Virus record (IMG/VR): IMGVR_UViG_3300045970_000794
Coordinates: 298,103-362,102 of that record
Length of the DNA stretch: 64,000 nt
Direction: 5' to 3' (one strand)
Shown here: one piece after another, positions 52,746 to 62,640 of the stretch
How the letters are laid out: every line of letters begins with the position of its first letter
How positions within the stretch are numbered: the first letter of the stretch is position 1
Made by a program: the position numbers and the translations under genes
The notes under the pieces: generated by a model
Told to the model about the DNA's origin: nothing
The model's input: only the letters and a program-made list of their open reading frames with translations
Database searches by the model: none

Positions 52746-53691
52746 TTATATGTTTTTTAAGTAAATGTTTTCCGTTACAATGTTTAATCCAACCATTATA
52801 TGATGCAAATGACTTTTTATTAGGATTATTTTTCATCATCCGAATGAAATTTATTTTAATACCTTTTCGTAATAATATATGGGTATGATAAAATTTATAC
52901 CCAACAAAATCAACACCTCTATCTTTAACTGGAAATATCTGATAATTAGATTTTATTTTTAATAATAGTTTAGATTCAATATACCACTTAATATCACCTA
53001 ATAATTTATGTAATTCACTTTTACTAGATGAGAATATTACCATATCATCAGCATATCTAAAATAATATTTAACTAATTTTTCTTCTTTTAACCAATGGTC
53101 AAAATATGTTAAATATAAATTAGCAAAATACTGACTAGTATAATTACCTATTGGTAGACCATCCGTTGAATCAATAATCTCATCTAATAACCATAATAAA
53201 TCACTATCTTTTATTTTTCGTCTAATTATTGATTTTAGTATATCATGACTAATACTAGGATAAAATTTACTAATATCTAATTTTAAACAATATTCAGTAT
53301 TTTCAATATCTTTTAATGATTTTTTAACCGCATTAGCGGCACCATGTATTCCCCTACCTTTTATGCAACTATAAGTGTTACTAGTAAATATATTTACAAA
53401 TATCGGTTCCAAAATATTCATAATCGCATGATGGATAATTCTATCTGGATAATATGGTAAGGAAAAAATTAAACGTTCTTTACCCTCATTTATAATAAAG
53501 GTTTTATATTTAGATGTTTTAAATGTTTTATTAATTAATGATTCATGTAATCTTAAAATATTTAAATTTCTATCTTTATCAAATGAAATAACATCACATC
53601 TATTTTTCTTACCTTTTCTAGCTTTAGAATCAGCCAATTCTAAATTTTCAATAGATATTATTTTATCATATAAATTATTAAATCGTTTCAT
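52726..53691 (-). CDS. DGR reverse transcriptase
   Basis: KLDISKFYPSI, GLPIGNYTSQYFAN, RYADD; start MKRFNNLY at 53691. Confidence 0.95.
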   Translation of the reverse strand: MKRFNNLYDKIISIENLELADSKARKGKKNRCDVISFDKDRNLNILRLHESLINKTFKTSKYKTFIINEGKERLIFSLPYYPDRIIHHAIMNILEPIFVNIFTSNTYSCIKGRGIHGAANAVKKSLKDIENTEYCLKLDISKFYPSISHDILKSIIRRKIKDSDLLWLLDEIIDSTDGLPIGNYTSQYFANLYLTYFDHWLKEEKLVKYYFRYADDMVIFSSSKSELHKLLGDIKWYIESKLLLKIKSNYQIFPVKDRGVDFVGYKFYHTHILLRKGIKINFIRMMKNNPNKKSFASYNGWIKHCNGKHLLKKHINETRFL

Positions 53692-53803
53692 CCCTTTGTT
53701 ATTAATAGTTACGGTCTCTAATGATACTAGCACCTATTTAAAATTTAAATTTTTTACCATGTTGGTAAGGTTTATGTTATTAAGTAAGATTTAATAACAA
53801 GTT

Positions 53804-53865
53804 GCTGAGGGAACATTCATATTACTATTATTGTAATTAGTGTTATAATATGAAAACACACCGCT
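53804..53865 (-). ncRNA. DGR template repeat (TR)
   Basis: Intergenic AAY-rich copy: AGCGGTGTGTTTTCATATTATAACACTAATTACAATAATAGTAATATGAATGTTCCCTCAGC. Confidence 0.93.
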
Positions 53866-53884
53866 AATAACATAAACCAGAATT

Positions 53885-54436
53885 TTACATATAAAGTATC
53901 TCATACTCTCTAAGCGCAATTTTAATAGCATGTTTAGCTAATCCTTCGCTTTTTAAATAAAGGGCCGAGGGAACATTCATATTACTAATATTGAAATAAG
54001 TGTAATAATATGAAAACACACCGCTTTTAATTTCAAACCAATTATAATATTTATAATCATTTTTAGTAAAATCTGGATACCAACCTTCATTTAATGCTTT
54101 AATAATCGTTTTTAATTTTTTATATGCAATATCATTTGGTGTATCATATTGTAAACTAAATACTCCGTTCTGGTCTACATTAAGAACATTACAAGCATCC
54201 TCAAATGACTTAACTCGCTCAATAATGTTTTTTTCTTGTTTGAAAAACTTAGATAAAACAATTTTTTGTTTCTCATCTGATGCTGCAAACATTTCATTTA
54301 CTTCATTCTCAGTGAATTCAATGAACTCATCAAAATGATTCCGACTAGCATATTCTTCCAATTTTTTTTTCCAACTAAAACATGCAATGTCATGTATTAA
54401 TTTTAAATTTTTTCTAGATATTTGTTGTGTTTTCAT
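53885..54436 (-). CDS. DGR target protein 1
   Basis: Contains VR1; first gene after promoter at 54459. Confidence 0.9.
   Translation of the reverse strand: MKTQQISRKNLKLIHDIACFSWKKKLEEYASRNHFDEFIEFTENEVNEMFAASDEKQKIVLSKFFKQEKNIIERVKSFEDACNVLNVDQNGVFSLQYDTPNDIAYKKLKTIIKALNEGWYPDFTKNDYKYYNWFEIKSGVFSYYYTYFNISNMNVPSALYLKSEGLAKHAIKIALREYEILYM
53964..54025 (-). repeat. DGR variable repeat VR1
   Basis: 5 differences from TR, all at TR adenines. Confidence 0.93.
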
Positions 54437-54501
54437 AATTTAATTATTTAATTTAATGCAAAGATATAAAAAATATTTTAATCTACCAAATAAAAATACA
54501 A

Positions 54502-55020
54502 CTATTTTTTTGGTATTGGTTTAAGCATAATAATTAATCTAGTACCTTCAAAAACTGGGGTTTTTTCAGCGATACAAACACCAGAGAGTTCATTAATCAC
54601 TTTCTCTAATATTTGATACCCGAATTCTTTATGAGACATTTCACGGCCTTTAAAAAAGACTGAGGTTTTAACTAAATTACCTTTAATTAACCACTCCTTA
54701 GCATGTTTAAGTTTAAAATTTAAATCATTCTCATCGATAGCTGGTCTTAATCTTAATTCTTTAACCTCAACCTTAACTGGTTTCTTCTCAGCTTTTTTCT
54801 TTTCGTAAATATATTTTTCAAAATCAACTACTTTACAGATTGAGATTTCTGGATTATTAGCATTTATTTCTAATAAATCTAGGTCTAGGTCATCAGCAAT
54901 TTTAATAGCTTCTTGAAGTGAGTAAATACCCACAGTTACATTATCACCAACAAGTCTAACTTGTTTAGCTCTAATATCGGAATTGATTTTATACCGATTA
55001 AATTTATTTTTTTCTTTCAT
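54502..55020 (-). CDS. infC: translation initiation factor IF-3
   Basis: IN..IRA..VRLVG, A...DLDL.EI, VKELRLRP.IDE.D..FK, FFKGRE. Confidence 0.93.
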   Translation of the reverse strand: MKEKNKFNRYKINSDIRAKQVRLVGDNVTVGIYSLQEAIKIADDLDLDLLEINANNPEISICKVVDFEKYIYEKKKAEKKPVKVEVKELRLRPAIDENDLNFKLKHAKEWLIKGNLVKTSVFFKGREMSHKEFGYQILEKVINELSGVCIAEKTPVFEGTRLIIMLKPIPKK

Positions 55021-55137
55021 TTAATTTTTTAGAAATTATTATTTAAATACAAAAGTATAAAAATAAATACAATAATGCAAATTATTTATTTTTTTTATAA
55101 TTTTATTATATTTATAAGTATAAACAAATTATAACAT

Positions 55138-55308
55138 ATGGAAAAAAATAGGCAGCGGTCACGTAAAAATGATGAAAATAAAACAGATTCAATGACAATT
55201 AGAATTGAACCTAAATTAAAAGAGCAATATTTGAAATTTTGTGAAGATAATGGATATTCATATGGAAAACGGTTGAGATTATTAATTAAAAAAGATTTAG
55301 ATAAATGA
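55138..55308 (+). CDS. small ribbon-helix-helix protein (56 aa, not in ORF track)
   Basis: MTIRIEPKLKEQY..FC..NG.S...RLR.LI; ATGA overlap with next gene. Confidence 0.65.
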   Translation: MEKNRQRSRKNDENKTDSMTIRIEPKLKEQYLKFCEDNGYSYGKRLRLLIKKDLDK

Positions 55309-56177
55309 GTAAAAAATTAACAATTGATGAGATAATTAATAAAATTATTGATAATGATTACGATTTTTCACAATCAAATTATGTATCATTAGATAAAAAA
55401 ATAATCGTAATTGATATTGACGGGTTTGAGCATTTAATAAGACCAGATAGTTTATTAGTTGGAAATAAATTAAATATTAAAAGTGTTATCAATAAAGAAA
55501 ATTATTTAATTAAAAAATTTAATAAAATTCACAAAAATTTATTTGATTATTCTAAATTCACATATATAAATTCTGACACTAAAATTGATATCATATGTCA
55601 GACCCACGGTATTTTTAAACAAACTATTAATAATCATTTAAGAGGTAAAGGATGTCCTAAATGTAATGGTAAAAATAAAAGTAATAATGATATTATCAAT
55701 GAGTTTAAATCAACTCATGGTAATAAATACAATTATTCAAAAGTAACATATAGTGGGATTAAAAATAAAGTAATTATTATATGTCCAAAACATGGTGAAT
55801 TTAAACAATCACCAGAGGAACATATTAAAGGTTGTGGATGTCCAATCTGTAAAGAATCTAATGGTGAACGTAAAATTAGGTTATTTTTAGAATCAAATAA
55901 TGTTTCATATATACCACAACATAAATTTAATGATTGTAAAAATATATTAAGTTTACCATTTGACTTCTATTTACCTGATTATAATACATGTATCGAATAT
56001 CAAGGTGAACAGCATTATAGACCTATCGAATATTTTGGTGGTATTAAACAATTCAATAAACAAATAATTAATGATAAAATAAAAATGGAATATTGCCAAA
56101 ACAACAATATTCCATTAATAATGATTAAATATGGTGAAAACATATTTGAAACATTAAAAAAATTTTCTAATATTTAA
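55305..56177 (+). CDS. putative homing endonuclease (DUF723-like repeats + nuclease domain)
   Basis: Same architecture as 37345-38439. Confidence 0.8.
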   Translation: MSKKLTIDEIINKIIDNDYDFSQSNYVSLDKKIIVIDIDGFEHLIRPDSLLVGNKLNIKSVINKENYLIKKFNKIHKNLFDYSKFTYINSDTKIDIICQTHGIFKQTINNHLRGKGCPKCNGKNKSNNDIINEFKSTHGNKYNYSKVTYSGIKNKVIIICPKHGEFKQSPEEHIKGCGCPICKESNGERKIRLFLESNNVSYIPQHKFNDCKNILSLPFDFYLPDYNTCIEYQGEQHYRPIEYFGGIKQFNKQIINDKIKMEYCQNNNIPLIMIKYGENIFETLKKFSNI

Positions 56178-57741
56178 ATGTTGTGAAATCGCCATTGGAA
56201 AATGTGATTAATTGAGCCTTACCATCTTGATGTATTATACAATGTGTTTGAGACCAACTACTTGGGCCTTCATTATACCCCACTCTAAGGTTTGTTGATG
56301 TTCCAACTTGTAGAACACCATCCTTTCTACCGCAACTATGGCTATGTCCAATAATCATCTTAGTATTTAATCTTCTAAATTGTTCTAATGAACCCCTAGA
56401 ACCATTAGCACCTACATCACCATGTTGAGCTAATTCCCATTTTTTAACTACATAACTATCTGAGCGATTTAACGTCTTAATTTTAGGGTAGTGTTTCTTA
56501 ATTATCCATGGAATTACACCATCTTTAGCTTCACCACTCAATATCGCAGCACTATATTGCATATATTCCAATGAATTTTTTGGGGTATTAGTTTTACGCC
56601 AATCGGTATTGATTAACCAACGGTCAACAAAATCATCATGGTTACTTCTAACAATAACAACATTATAGTTTTTGAATTTATCTAATTCGACTAACATTTC
56701 ATCAACTTCGTTTTTCAATGAATTTTTATTATTCATTTCTTTCTCATATTGAGTGAATGGGTTATCCATTTCATGATGATTAATTGAATGACCATTGAAT
56801 ATATCATGCATAATAACATGTTGTGGCTTTAATCTATTCAATAATTCTAACGTTTTTTCAATAACTTCATTGTCTTGGTCACCAACATGGTAATCACCCA
56901 AAACTATAGCGGCCGCTGAATCAATCGTTGTAACTTCACCTTTATCAACTCTATAAAATAAATCAGTAAAAGCACCAGCTTCATTGGCAGTTACCTGTCT
57001 TGCAAAAAATATTTCATCATCTTTTATTTCAACCACTACAAACCCGTATGTATGATGAAACTCACCCTTTTTACCAGCTTTAGAATCAGTGTAATCCTTA
57101 ATGGTGACAGCACCAGTGGTCATCATCATTTTAGGCTTTTGCGTATGTAACACAGGAATTGACATCATTTGCACTTTAGGTGCACCAAAAATACAAGAAT
57201 TAATACCTGACACACCTTCTAACCCAGACATTGGATTTACAGCTGTTGGTTGAATCTTAAAATCACCCATAATAGAAACGTACTTATGAACATTATGTCT
57301 AGCCGCATCTAAATATGGTAGGACTTCTTTTTCCCAATACTCATAATCTTTATCTGTGAAGATTGATGTTGGGTTTTTGTATCTACCAGCGATGATGTGG
57401 ATATCCGCATCTAAAAACTCAGCATATGCTTCCATATTTCTTAAAAGCCTTGTATGCACAGCGGTATTATTCTGGGCCCAACTAATAAGGAATCTTTTCT
57501 TTTCTTTATTAAAAACTCGCTGTTTAGCAAGTTCATATTGTTCTGAAGGTGTTTCAGTTACTTTTTCTTTAAAATGTAATCGTTCAAACCATTTTCGAAT
57601 AGTTCGTTCCGATACACCTAATTGAAGACCCAAATTAAATGCAATTTTTTCAACAGTTAAATTTGAATCTTTCCGACCATAATAAGCGTTTTTTAATGTT
57701 ATCTTATCTTGTTCAGTTAATTTTTTAAAACTTTTTTTCAT
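56167..57741 (-). CDS. metallophosphoesterase with N-terminal HTH
   Basis: GDYH, HD, SNHD, HGD, GHSH; VSERTIRKW. Confidence 0.8.
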   Translation of the reverse strand: MKKSFKKLTEQDKITLKNAYYGRKDSNLTVEKIAFNLGLQLGVSERTIRKWFERLHFKEKVTETPSEQYELAKQRVFNKEKKRFLISWAQNNTAVHTRLLRNMEAYAEFLDADIHIIAGRYKNPTSIFTDKDYEYWEKEVLPYLDAARHNVHKYVSIMGDFKIQPTAVNPMSGLEGVSGINSCIFGAPKVQMMSIPVLHTQKPKMMMTTGAVTIKDYTDSKAGKKGEFHHTYGFVVVEIKDDEIFFARQVTANEAGAFTDLFYRVDKGEVTTIDSAAAIVLGDYHVGDQDNEVIEKTLELLNRLKPQHVIMHDIFNGHSINHHEMDNPFTQYEKEMNNKNSLKNEVDEMLVELDKFKNYNVVIVRSNHDDFVDRWLINTDWRKTNTPKNSLEYMQYSAAILSGEAKDGVIPWIIKKHYPKIKTLNRSDSYVVKKWELAQHGDVGANGSRGSLEQFRRLNTKMIIGHSHSCGRKDGVLQVGTSTNLRVGYNEGPSSWSQTHCIIHQDGKAQLITFSNGDFTTFKY

Positions 57742-57742
57742 T

Positions 57743-58642
57743 TTAATTTTTTTTTAAAAGACTTATTATTTTATTAGGAATCTCATTATATTTAATTATA
57801 ATTAGATTTATATTATTTTTATCACAATATTTTTTTTTAATCACATCATTTAATTTAACATCAATTAAATACTTTTCACCACCAAAAAATTCAATTGGCT
57901 TATAATGTTGAATTCCGTTAAATTCGATGCATGTATTATAATCTGGTAAATAAAAATCAAATGGTAATGGTAGTTTATTTCTACATTCATTAAATTTATG
58001 TTGCGGAATGAATTTGATATTATTTTCCAATAATAGTAGTCGAATATTATTTTCACCTTTACTTTCTTTACAGATTGGACAACCAACACCTTTCAAATGA
58101 TTATGGGGCGTTTGGATAAATTCACCATGTTTAGGGCAAATAATTGTTATTTTGACATGTGATGTTATGTACTTAATTTTAGAATAGTCATATATTTCAC
58201 CATGAATTAACTTAGCTTTTTCAATAAAACACTTATTACCAACCCTTCTATTAAGAAAAGTACATTTTTCACAACGGCTACCTTTTAAATGATTATTTGG
58301 GGTTTGTTCAAACTCACCATGGGTGGGACATATTATTTTAATATTAGTGTTAAAATTAATATAATTAACCAATGAGTAATCATATTCATCACCATGAATT
58401 AACTTAGCTTTTTCGATAAAACACTTATTACCTAATCTCTGTTTTACATAACTACATTTTTTACATCCATCACCACTTAAATGAGCACTAGCCCTTTGAT
58501 TAAATATACCATGCTCTTTGCAAATAATATTCACATAATTTTTACTTTCAGTATAATTAACTAATGAATAATCATATTTTTCACCATGAATTAACTTAGC
58601 TTTTTCTATAAACTTTAAATTTTTTTCTAACATACTTACCAT
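57743..58642 (-). CDS. putative homing endonuclease (DUF723-like repeats + nuclease domain)
   Basis: FIEKAKLIHG..YDYS x3; FDFYLP...IEFNG.QH. Confidence 0.8.
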   Translation of the reverse strand: MVSMLEKNLKFIEKAKLIHGEKYDYSLVNYTESKNYVNIICKEHGIFNQRASAHLSGDGCKKCSYVKQRLGNKCFIEKAKLIHGDEYDYSLVNYINFNTNIKIICPTHGEFEQTPNNHLKGSRCEKCTFLNRRVGNKCFIEKAKLIHGEIYDYSKIKYITSHVKITIICPKHGEFIQTPHNHLKGVGCPICKESKGENNIRLLLLENNIKFIPQHKFNECRNKLPLPFDFYLPDYNTCIEFNGIQHYKPIEFFGGEKYLIDVKLNDVIKKKYCDKNNINLIIIKYNEIPNKIISLLKKN

Positions 58643-58666
58643 TTTATTATAAATATCCAGTAAAAC

Positions 58667-58822
58667 TTAAAATTCAAAGTTAATATATTTTCTAACTGTT
58701 CTTTCTGACCTTCCAAAGAATTTCATTAACGTTAGCATCCTATCATCCCAAGTTAATTCTTTGTTTATGTAAACGCTTTTTGCGTATTCAATGTCATTCT
58801 CACTTAAATCTTTAAACTTCAT
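58667..58822 (-). pseudogene. relic 5' end of the metallophosphoesterase gene
   Basis: MKFKDLSEND...GRSERTVRK vs MKKSFKKLTEQD...GVSERTIRK. Confidence 0.65.
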
Positions 58823-58891
58823 TATAAAACTGTATTAAACATATGCCAACCATCGTAATAATTAGCATTTTATTTTTAACCCCAATCGGAA

Positions 58892-59932
58892 TTACCCCTT
58901 ACCCTTCAAATCCTCAATACTATAGTTGTTGTTGATAGCTATCAACGCTTTTGCGATATGTTTCGATACGCTAACAACTTCAATTTTTTCTTTTCCTCGT
59001 TGTTCATCAAGATTGATATCATGCTCCATACTAGTAAATGATGCTAAATCATAATTCAATGAATCACTAACAATCAGTTTTTCTAGTTTAGAATTACCAA
59101 TATTGTAATAAGCTTTTCCCGATAATACGCCATGAGTAGCAATCGCTCTAACTGATGCACCACCTTCATCAATGATAAGGTCAGCCGCTTTACATAAAGT
59201 ACCAGCAGTATCAACTATATCATCAACAAGAATAACATGTTTTTCAGCAACATTACCAATAAGAACCATATCATCAATTTCATTGGCTTTAACTCTGGTT
59301 TTGTCAATAACAACATAACCCATTTGTATGGCGAACTTTTCTTTTAATAAATCTCGTAAGTATTTAACTCTTTTAGATGCACCAGCATCTGGAGCACATA
59401 GAACCCATTCTTTACCAGATTTATCTTCTTTTACCATTTCAGCAATGTGATGAGCAAATAAGTATCGACCTTCAATATGTGTTAATGGTATCTTGAAAAA
59501 TCCTTGAATCTGGTCCGCATGTAATTCAAACGTAACTACAGCATCAGCACCACGATTTTCAATCATTTCGGCGATTACCTTAGCACCAATTGGTGCTCTA
59601 GCTCTATCCTTTTTATCTTGACGAGCATATGGGAAATATGGTAATATAACAATAATCTCTTTAGCAGATGCTCTTCTAACAGCATCAATGGCTAGATTAA
59701 GAGCCATTATTTTATCGGATGAATTTGGTGATGTCATTATGTACACCCTAGCACCACGAACACTATCTTTAATATCAACAATTAACTCGCCATCAGAGAA
59801 CTTCTTAACATAAATCCCACCCTTAGTTAATGTACTACTGGTCGAATATTTCTTACATTGAGTTTGGAACTCAGTAATAACATTGAAAACTAAATCTTCT
59901 CTTTGGTCAACGGATAATAAAATTGATTTCAT
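58892..59932 (-). CDS. prs: ribose-phosphate pyrophosphokinase
   Basis: FSDGE, PYFPYARQDKK, ELHADQIQGFF, APDAG, LVDDIVDTAGT, ATHG. Confidence 0.95.
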   Translation of the reverse strand: MKSILLSVDQREDLVFNVITEFQTQCKKYSTSSTLTKGGIYVKKFSDGELIVDIKDSVRGARVYIMTSPNSSDKIMALNLAIDAVRRASAKEIIVILPYFPYARQDKKDRARAPIGAKVIAEMIENRGADAVVTFELHADQIQGFFKIPLTHIEGRYLFAHHIAEMVKEDKSGKEWVLCAPDAGASKRVKYLRDLLKEKFAIQMGYVVIDKTRVKANEIDDMVLIGNVAEKHVILVDDIVDTAGTLCKAADLIIDEGGASVRAIATHGVLSGKAYYNIGNSKLEKLIVSDSLNYDLASFTSMEHDINLDEQRGKEKIEVVSVSKHIAKALIAINNNYSIEDLKGKG

Positions 59933-60175
59933 ATTATTGTTATTTTTTGCAAAGATAGTAATAATTTTTTAATAAAACAACATTTTTTCAATTTTTATCA
60001 CATTAAAATCAATTACTTATACAATTATCACTAAATGGTTTCATAAGTTATTGAAACATAATTAATTACGTTTTGTAAAATTAAAAGATGTTTATGTATG
60101 GGCGTGAAAATGAATATTTATTATTGTAAACATTACATTACAAAATAAAATATAATACAAAAAAAAATTAAAATT

Positions 60176-61462
60176 ATGGCACAATTTATTAAAATTGAAT
60201 GGGATGCAAGTCCATCACCAATTTCGGGATATAATGTATATCGTGGTGGTGCTGACGGCAATGAATCAAATGTACCACTTAATACTTCACCAATTACGGA
60301 TACATTTTATGACGACTATACAATATTTCCTGGTAAGGTATATTGCTATACCGTTACAGCTGTTTTAAACGGTGTGGAAAGTACCAACTCACTAAAAATT
60401 TATACTGAGCCAATTGGATTTATTAATTCACCAGCACAATTAGATTTAGGTGCTTTCGCTGGATTTGGTTTGCTAGCAGCGACTACAATTACTAACGTTC
60501 CTGGAACTGGAACCACATCAGACGTAACTGGTGATGTTGGTGTATTTCCAGGTTCATCAATCACTGGTTTTGAATCAGTTAGAATTTCTGGTTCATACCA
60601 TTTAGCTGATTATGTAGCTGGTTATGCACAAAGTTCATTAACAAATACGTTTCTTACTGGTATGGCATTAACTGGTGCAACCTCAGTTCCAGCCGATTTG
60701 GGTGGCCTTGTTTTAATACCAGGAATTTATTCAGCCGCTACTTCAGCTGCCATTACTGGCGTTTTAGTATTGAATGCTGAAGGTAATCCAGATGCTGTTT
60801 GGGTTTTCCAAATAGGTTCAACATTAACTACTGCTGCTGGCAATAGCACTGTTGTCCTAGTTGGTGGTGCTCAAGCAACAAACGTTACTTGGTTAGTCGG
60901 TTCTTCAGCAACTATGGGTGTTGATACAATTTTCGCTGGTAATGTTATTGCATATGCATCAATCACAGTAAATACTAACGCATCTGTTTGCGGAAGATTA
61001 GGTGCTAGAACAGCTGCAATTACATTAGATAAAAATGCTATTATTATTTACGGTTCTTGTTATGAGCCTTTGCCAGCATCGCCAGCAAATACACCACCAG
61101 AACCACCAAGTGCACCAACAGGTGTTCACGTTGATGATTTAAATGCTGATGGTTTAGTTAATAATATTCCAATATTACCAATTGTTACAACGTCAGTTAT
61201 TAGTATGTTGTCAGAAACTTCCGCAAATGGTGGTGGTAACATAACACATGATGGTTATGATGTTATTATCGCACGTGGAGTTTGTTGGAGTACTAACATC
61301 AATCCATTATTAACTGGAAGCCATACAATTGATGGTTCGGGTGTTGGTGTATTCACATCTTTAATTGCAAATTTATTACCATTCACAACGTATTATGTTA
61401 GAGCTTACGCTGTAAACTCTGCTGGTACTGCTTATGGTGATAACGTAATGTTCATCAATTAA
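60176..61462 (+). CDS. ice-binding-like (DUF3494) protein flanked by FN3-like domains
   Basis: TGDVGV.PG.SITGF, DLGGL.L.PGIY, GNPDAVWVFQIGSTLTTA, GAQATNV.W.VGSSAT; FN3 GYNVYR and TTYYVRAYA. Confidence 0.88.
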   Translation: MAQFIKIEWDASPSPISGYNVYRGGADGNESNVPLNTSPITDTFYDDYTIFPGKVYCYTVTAVLNGVESTNSLKIYTEPIGFINSPAQLDLGAFAGFGLLAATTITNVPGTGTTSDVTGDVGVFPGSSITGFESVRISGSYHLADYVAGYAQSSLTNTFLTGMALTGATSVPADLGGLVLIPGIYSAATSAAITGVLVLNAEGNPDAVWVFQIGSTLTTAAGNSTVVLVGGAQATNVTWLVGSSATMGVDTIFAGNVIAYASITVNTNASVCGRLGARTAAITLDKNAIIIYGSCYEPLPASPANTPPEPPSAPTGVHVDDLNADGLVNNIPILPIVTTSVISMLSETSANGGGNITHDGYDVIIARGVCWSTNINPLLTGSHTIDGSGVGVFTSLIANLLPFTTYYVRAYAVNSAGTAYGDNVMFIN

Positions 61463-61475
61463 AATAATAATGAAT

Positions 61476-61500
61476 TCCCACAAAGGTTATCTTTGTGGGA
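61476..61500 (+). terminator. stem-loop between the two DUF3494 genes
   Basis: TCCCACAAAG-gttat-CTTTGTGGGA; no strong U tract. Confidence 0.5.
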
Positions 61501-61533
61501 GCTTATTAAATAAACATAAATAAACTTAAAATT

Positions 61534-62640
61534 ATGGCCTCAATATTTCAAAGATTAAAAATACCAACTTCAATTTCAACCGTATCAACAGGATTATTTA
61601 ATTCATTAATGGATTATTTTGATAAAGGTATAAGTGGTATATTTTTCACAACACCAATTCGTTATTCTACTAGCTATGGTATAACAGCAAATCCTAATGG
61701 TGGTCAAGCACATGCAACTAGATTGTTAAGTGAAATAAATAATGTAGATATAGTTTCAACAAACGGTGATAGTGTAAAATTAATGACTGCATTACCAGGT
61801 TATTCTATAACTGTAAAAAATAATGGATTAAAAAATTTATTAGTTTACCCATACGAATTGGATAAAATTGATGAAGAACTAGCTGACGTTCCAATAACAA
61901 TGCTACCAGAAGAAACAAGAGTCTTTAAATCAATTAGTGATTCTCGTTGGGAAAGTATGCCAAATAGTCTTCAAACTATTACCTACGTGTTGAGTGGTAA
62001 TTCATTGCCAACAACACCATCAGTTTATGACTTAAAATTAGCGTCTACTTTTGCCATTCTTACTGATGGTGCGATTACAATTAGTAATCCACAATTAATA
62101 ATACCTTATGGACGTTCTGGTGAAGCAAGTTTAACACCAACAACTGGTATAACATTTATCAATGGCTCTGATGCTGGATTAAGCGCTAGTGCTGTGACTG
62201 ATTCAAATACTTTATTTAATGAATTAGTTGTTTTGACTGGTTATACTTTCGGTGCAGTTAATTTAGAAACCGTGAATGTTGGATATGGTGCTGGTACATT
62301 TATGTCTGGCGTTTATATTGGCTCAACTAGTATAGTAACATCAGCCTCTCAAACTATAAAATTAGTTGGTGATGGTGATTATATTTTCATAAGTCAAGGT
62401 GCTATGACATTCGGTGCATCAACAACAATTGAACTAACACATGGTGCGCAAGCTAGTAGAGTATATTGGGTATCTGTAGGTGCTATTACTACTGGTGCAG
62501 TTAATATTCTTAAAGGAAACTTTATCACATCAGCTGCAATTAATATCGGAGCAACAAATGATATTGAAGGTAGACTATTATCAACATTAACCTCTGAAAT
62601 AACAATAGATGGTATAGCAACTAATATTTACTTACCATAA
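61534..62640 (+). CDS. protein with C-terminal DUF3494 ice-binding-like domain
   Basis: FAIL..GAI, F..GVY, YIF...GA.T, L..GAQASRVYW...GA.T, GRLLS. Confidence 0.75.
   Translation: MASIFQRLKIPTSISTVSTGLFNSLMDYFDKGISGIFFTTPIRYSTSYGITANPNGGQAHATRLLSEINNVDIVSTNGDSVKLMTALPGYSITVKNNGLKNLLVYPYELDKIDEELADVPITMLPEETRVFKSISDSRWESMPNSLQTITYVLSGNSLPTTPSVYDLKLASTFAILTDGAITISNPQLIIPYGRSGEASLTPTTGITFINGSDAGLSASAVTDSNTLFNELVVLTGYTFGAVNLETVNVGYGAGTFMSGVYIGSTSIVTSASQTIKLVGDGDYIFISQGAMTFGASTTIELTHGAQASRVYWVSVGAITTGAVNILKGNFITSAAINIGATNDIEGRLLSTLTSEITIDGIATNIYLP

Noticed and set aside
52726-53733. RT as group II intron or retron; start at 53733
   Set aside because: Adjacent TR/VR pairs with adenine-only mismatches and the GxxxSQ motif indicate a DGR. 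The upstream extension lies in the TR spacer, so ATG 53691 is preferred.
41841-59932. Bacterial chromosome origin because of housekeeping genes
   Set aside because: The genes are out of operon context (infC lacks rpmI/rplT) and are interspersed with endonucleases and tiny ORFs. Phage origin remains an inference because no capsid or terminase gene is in the window.
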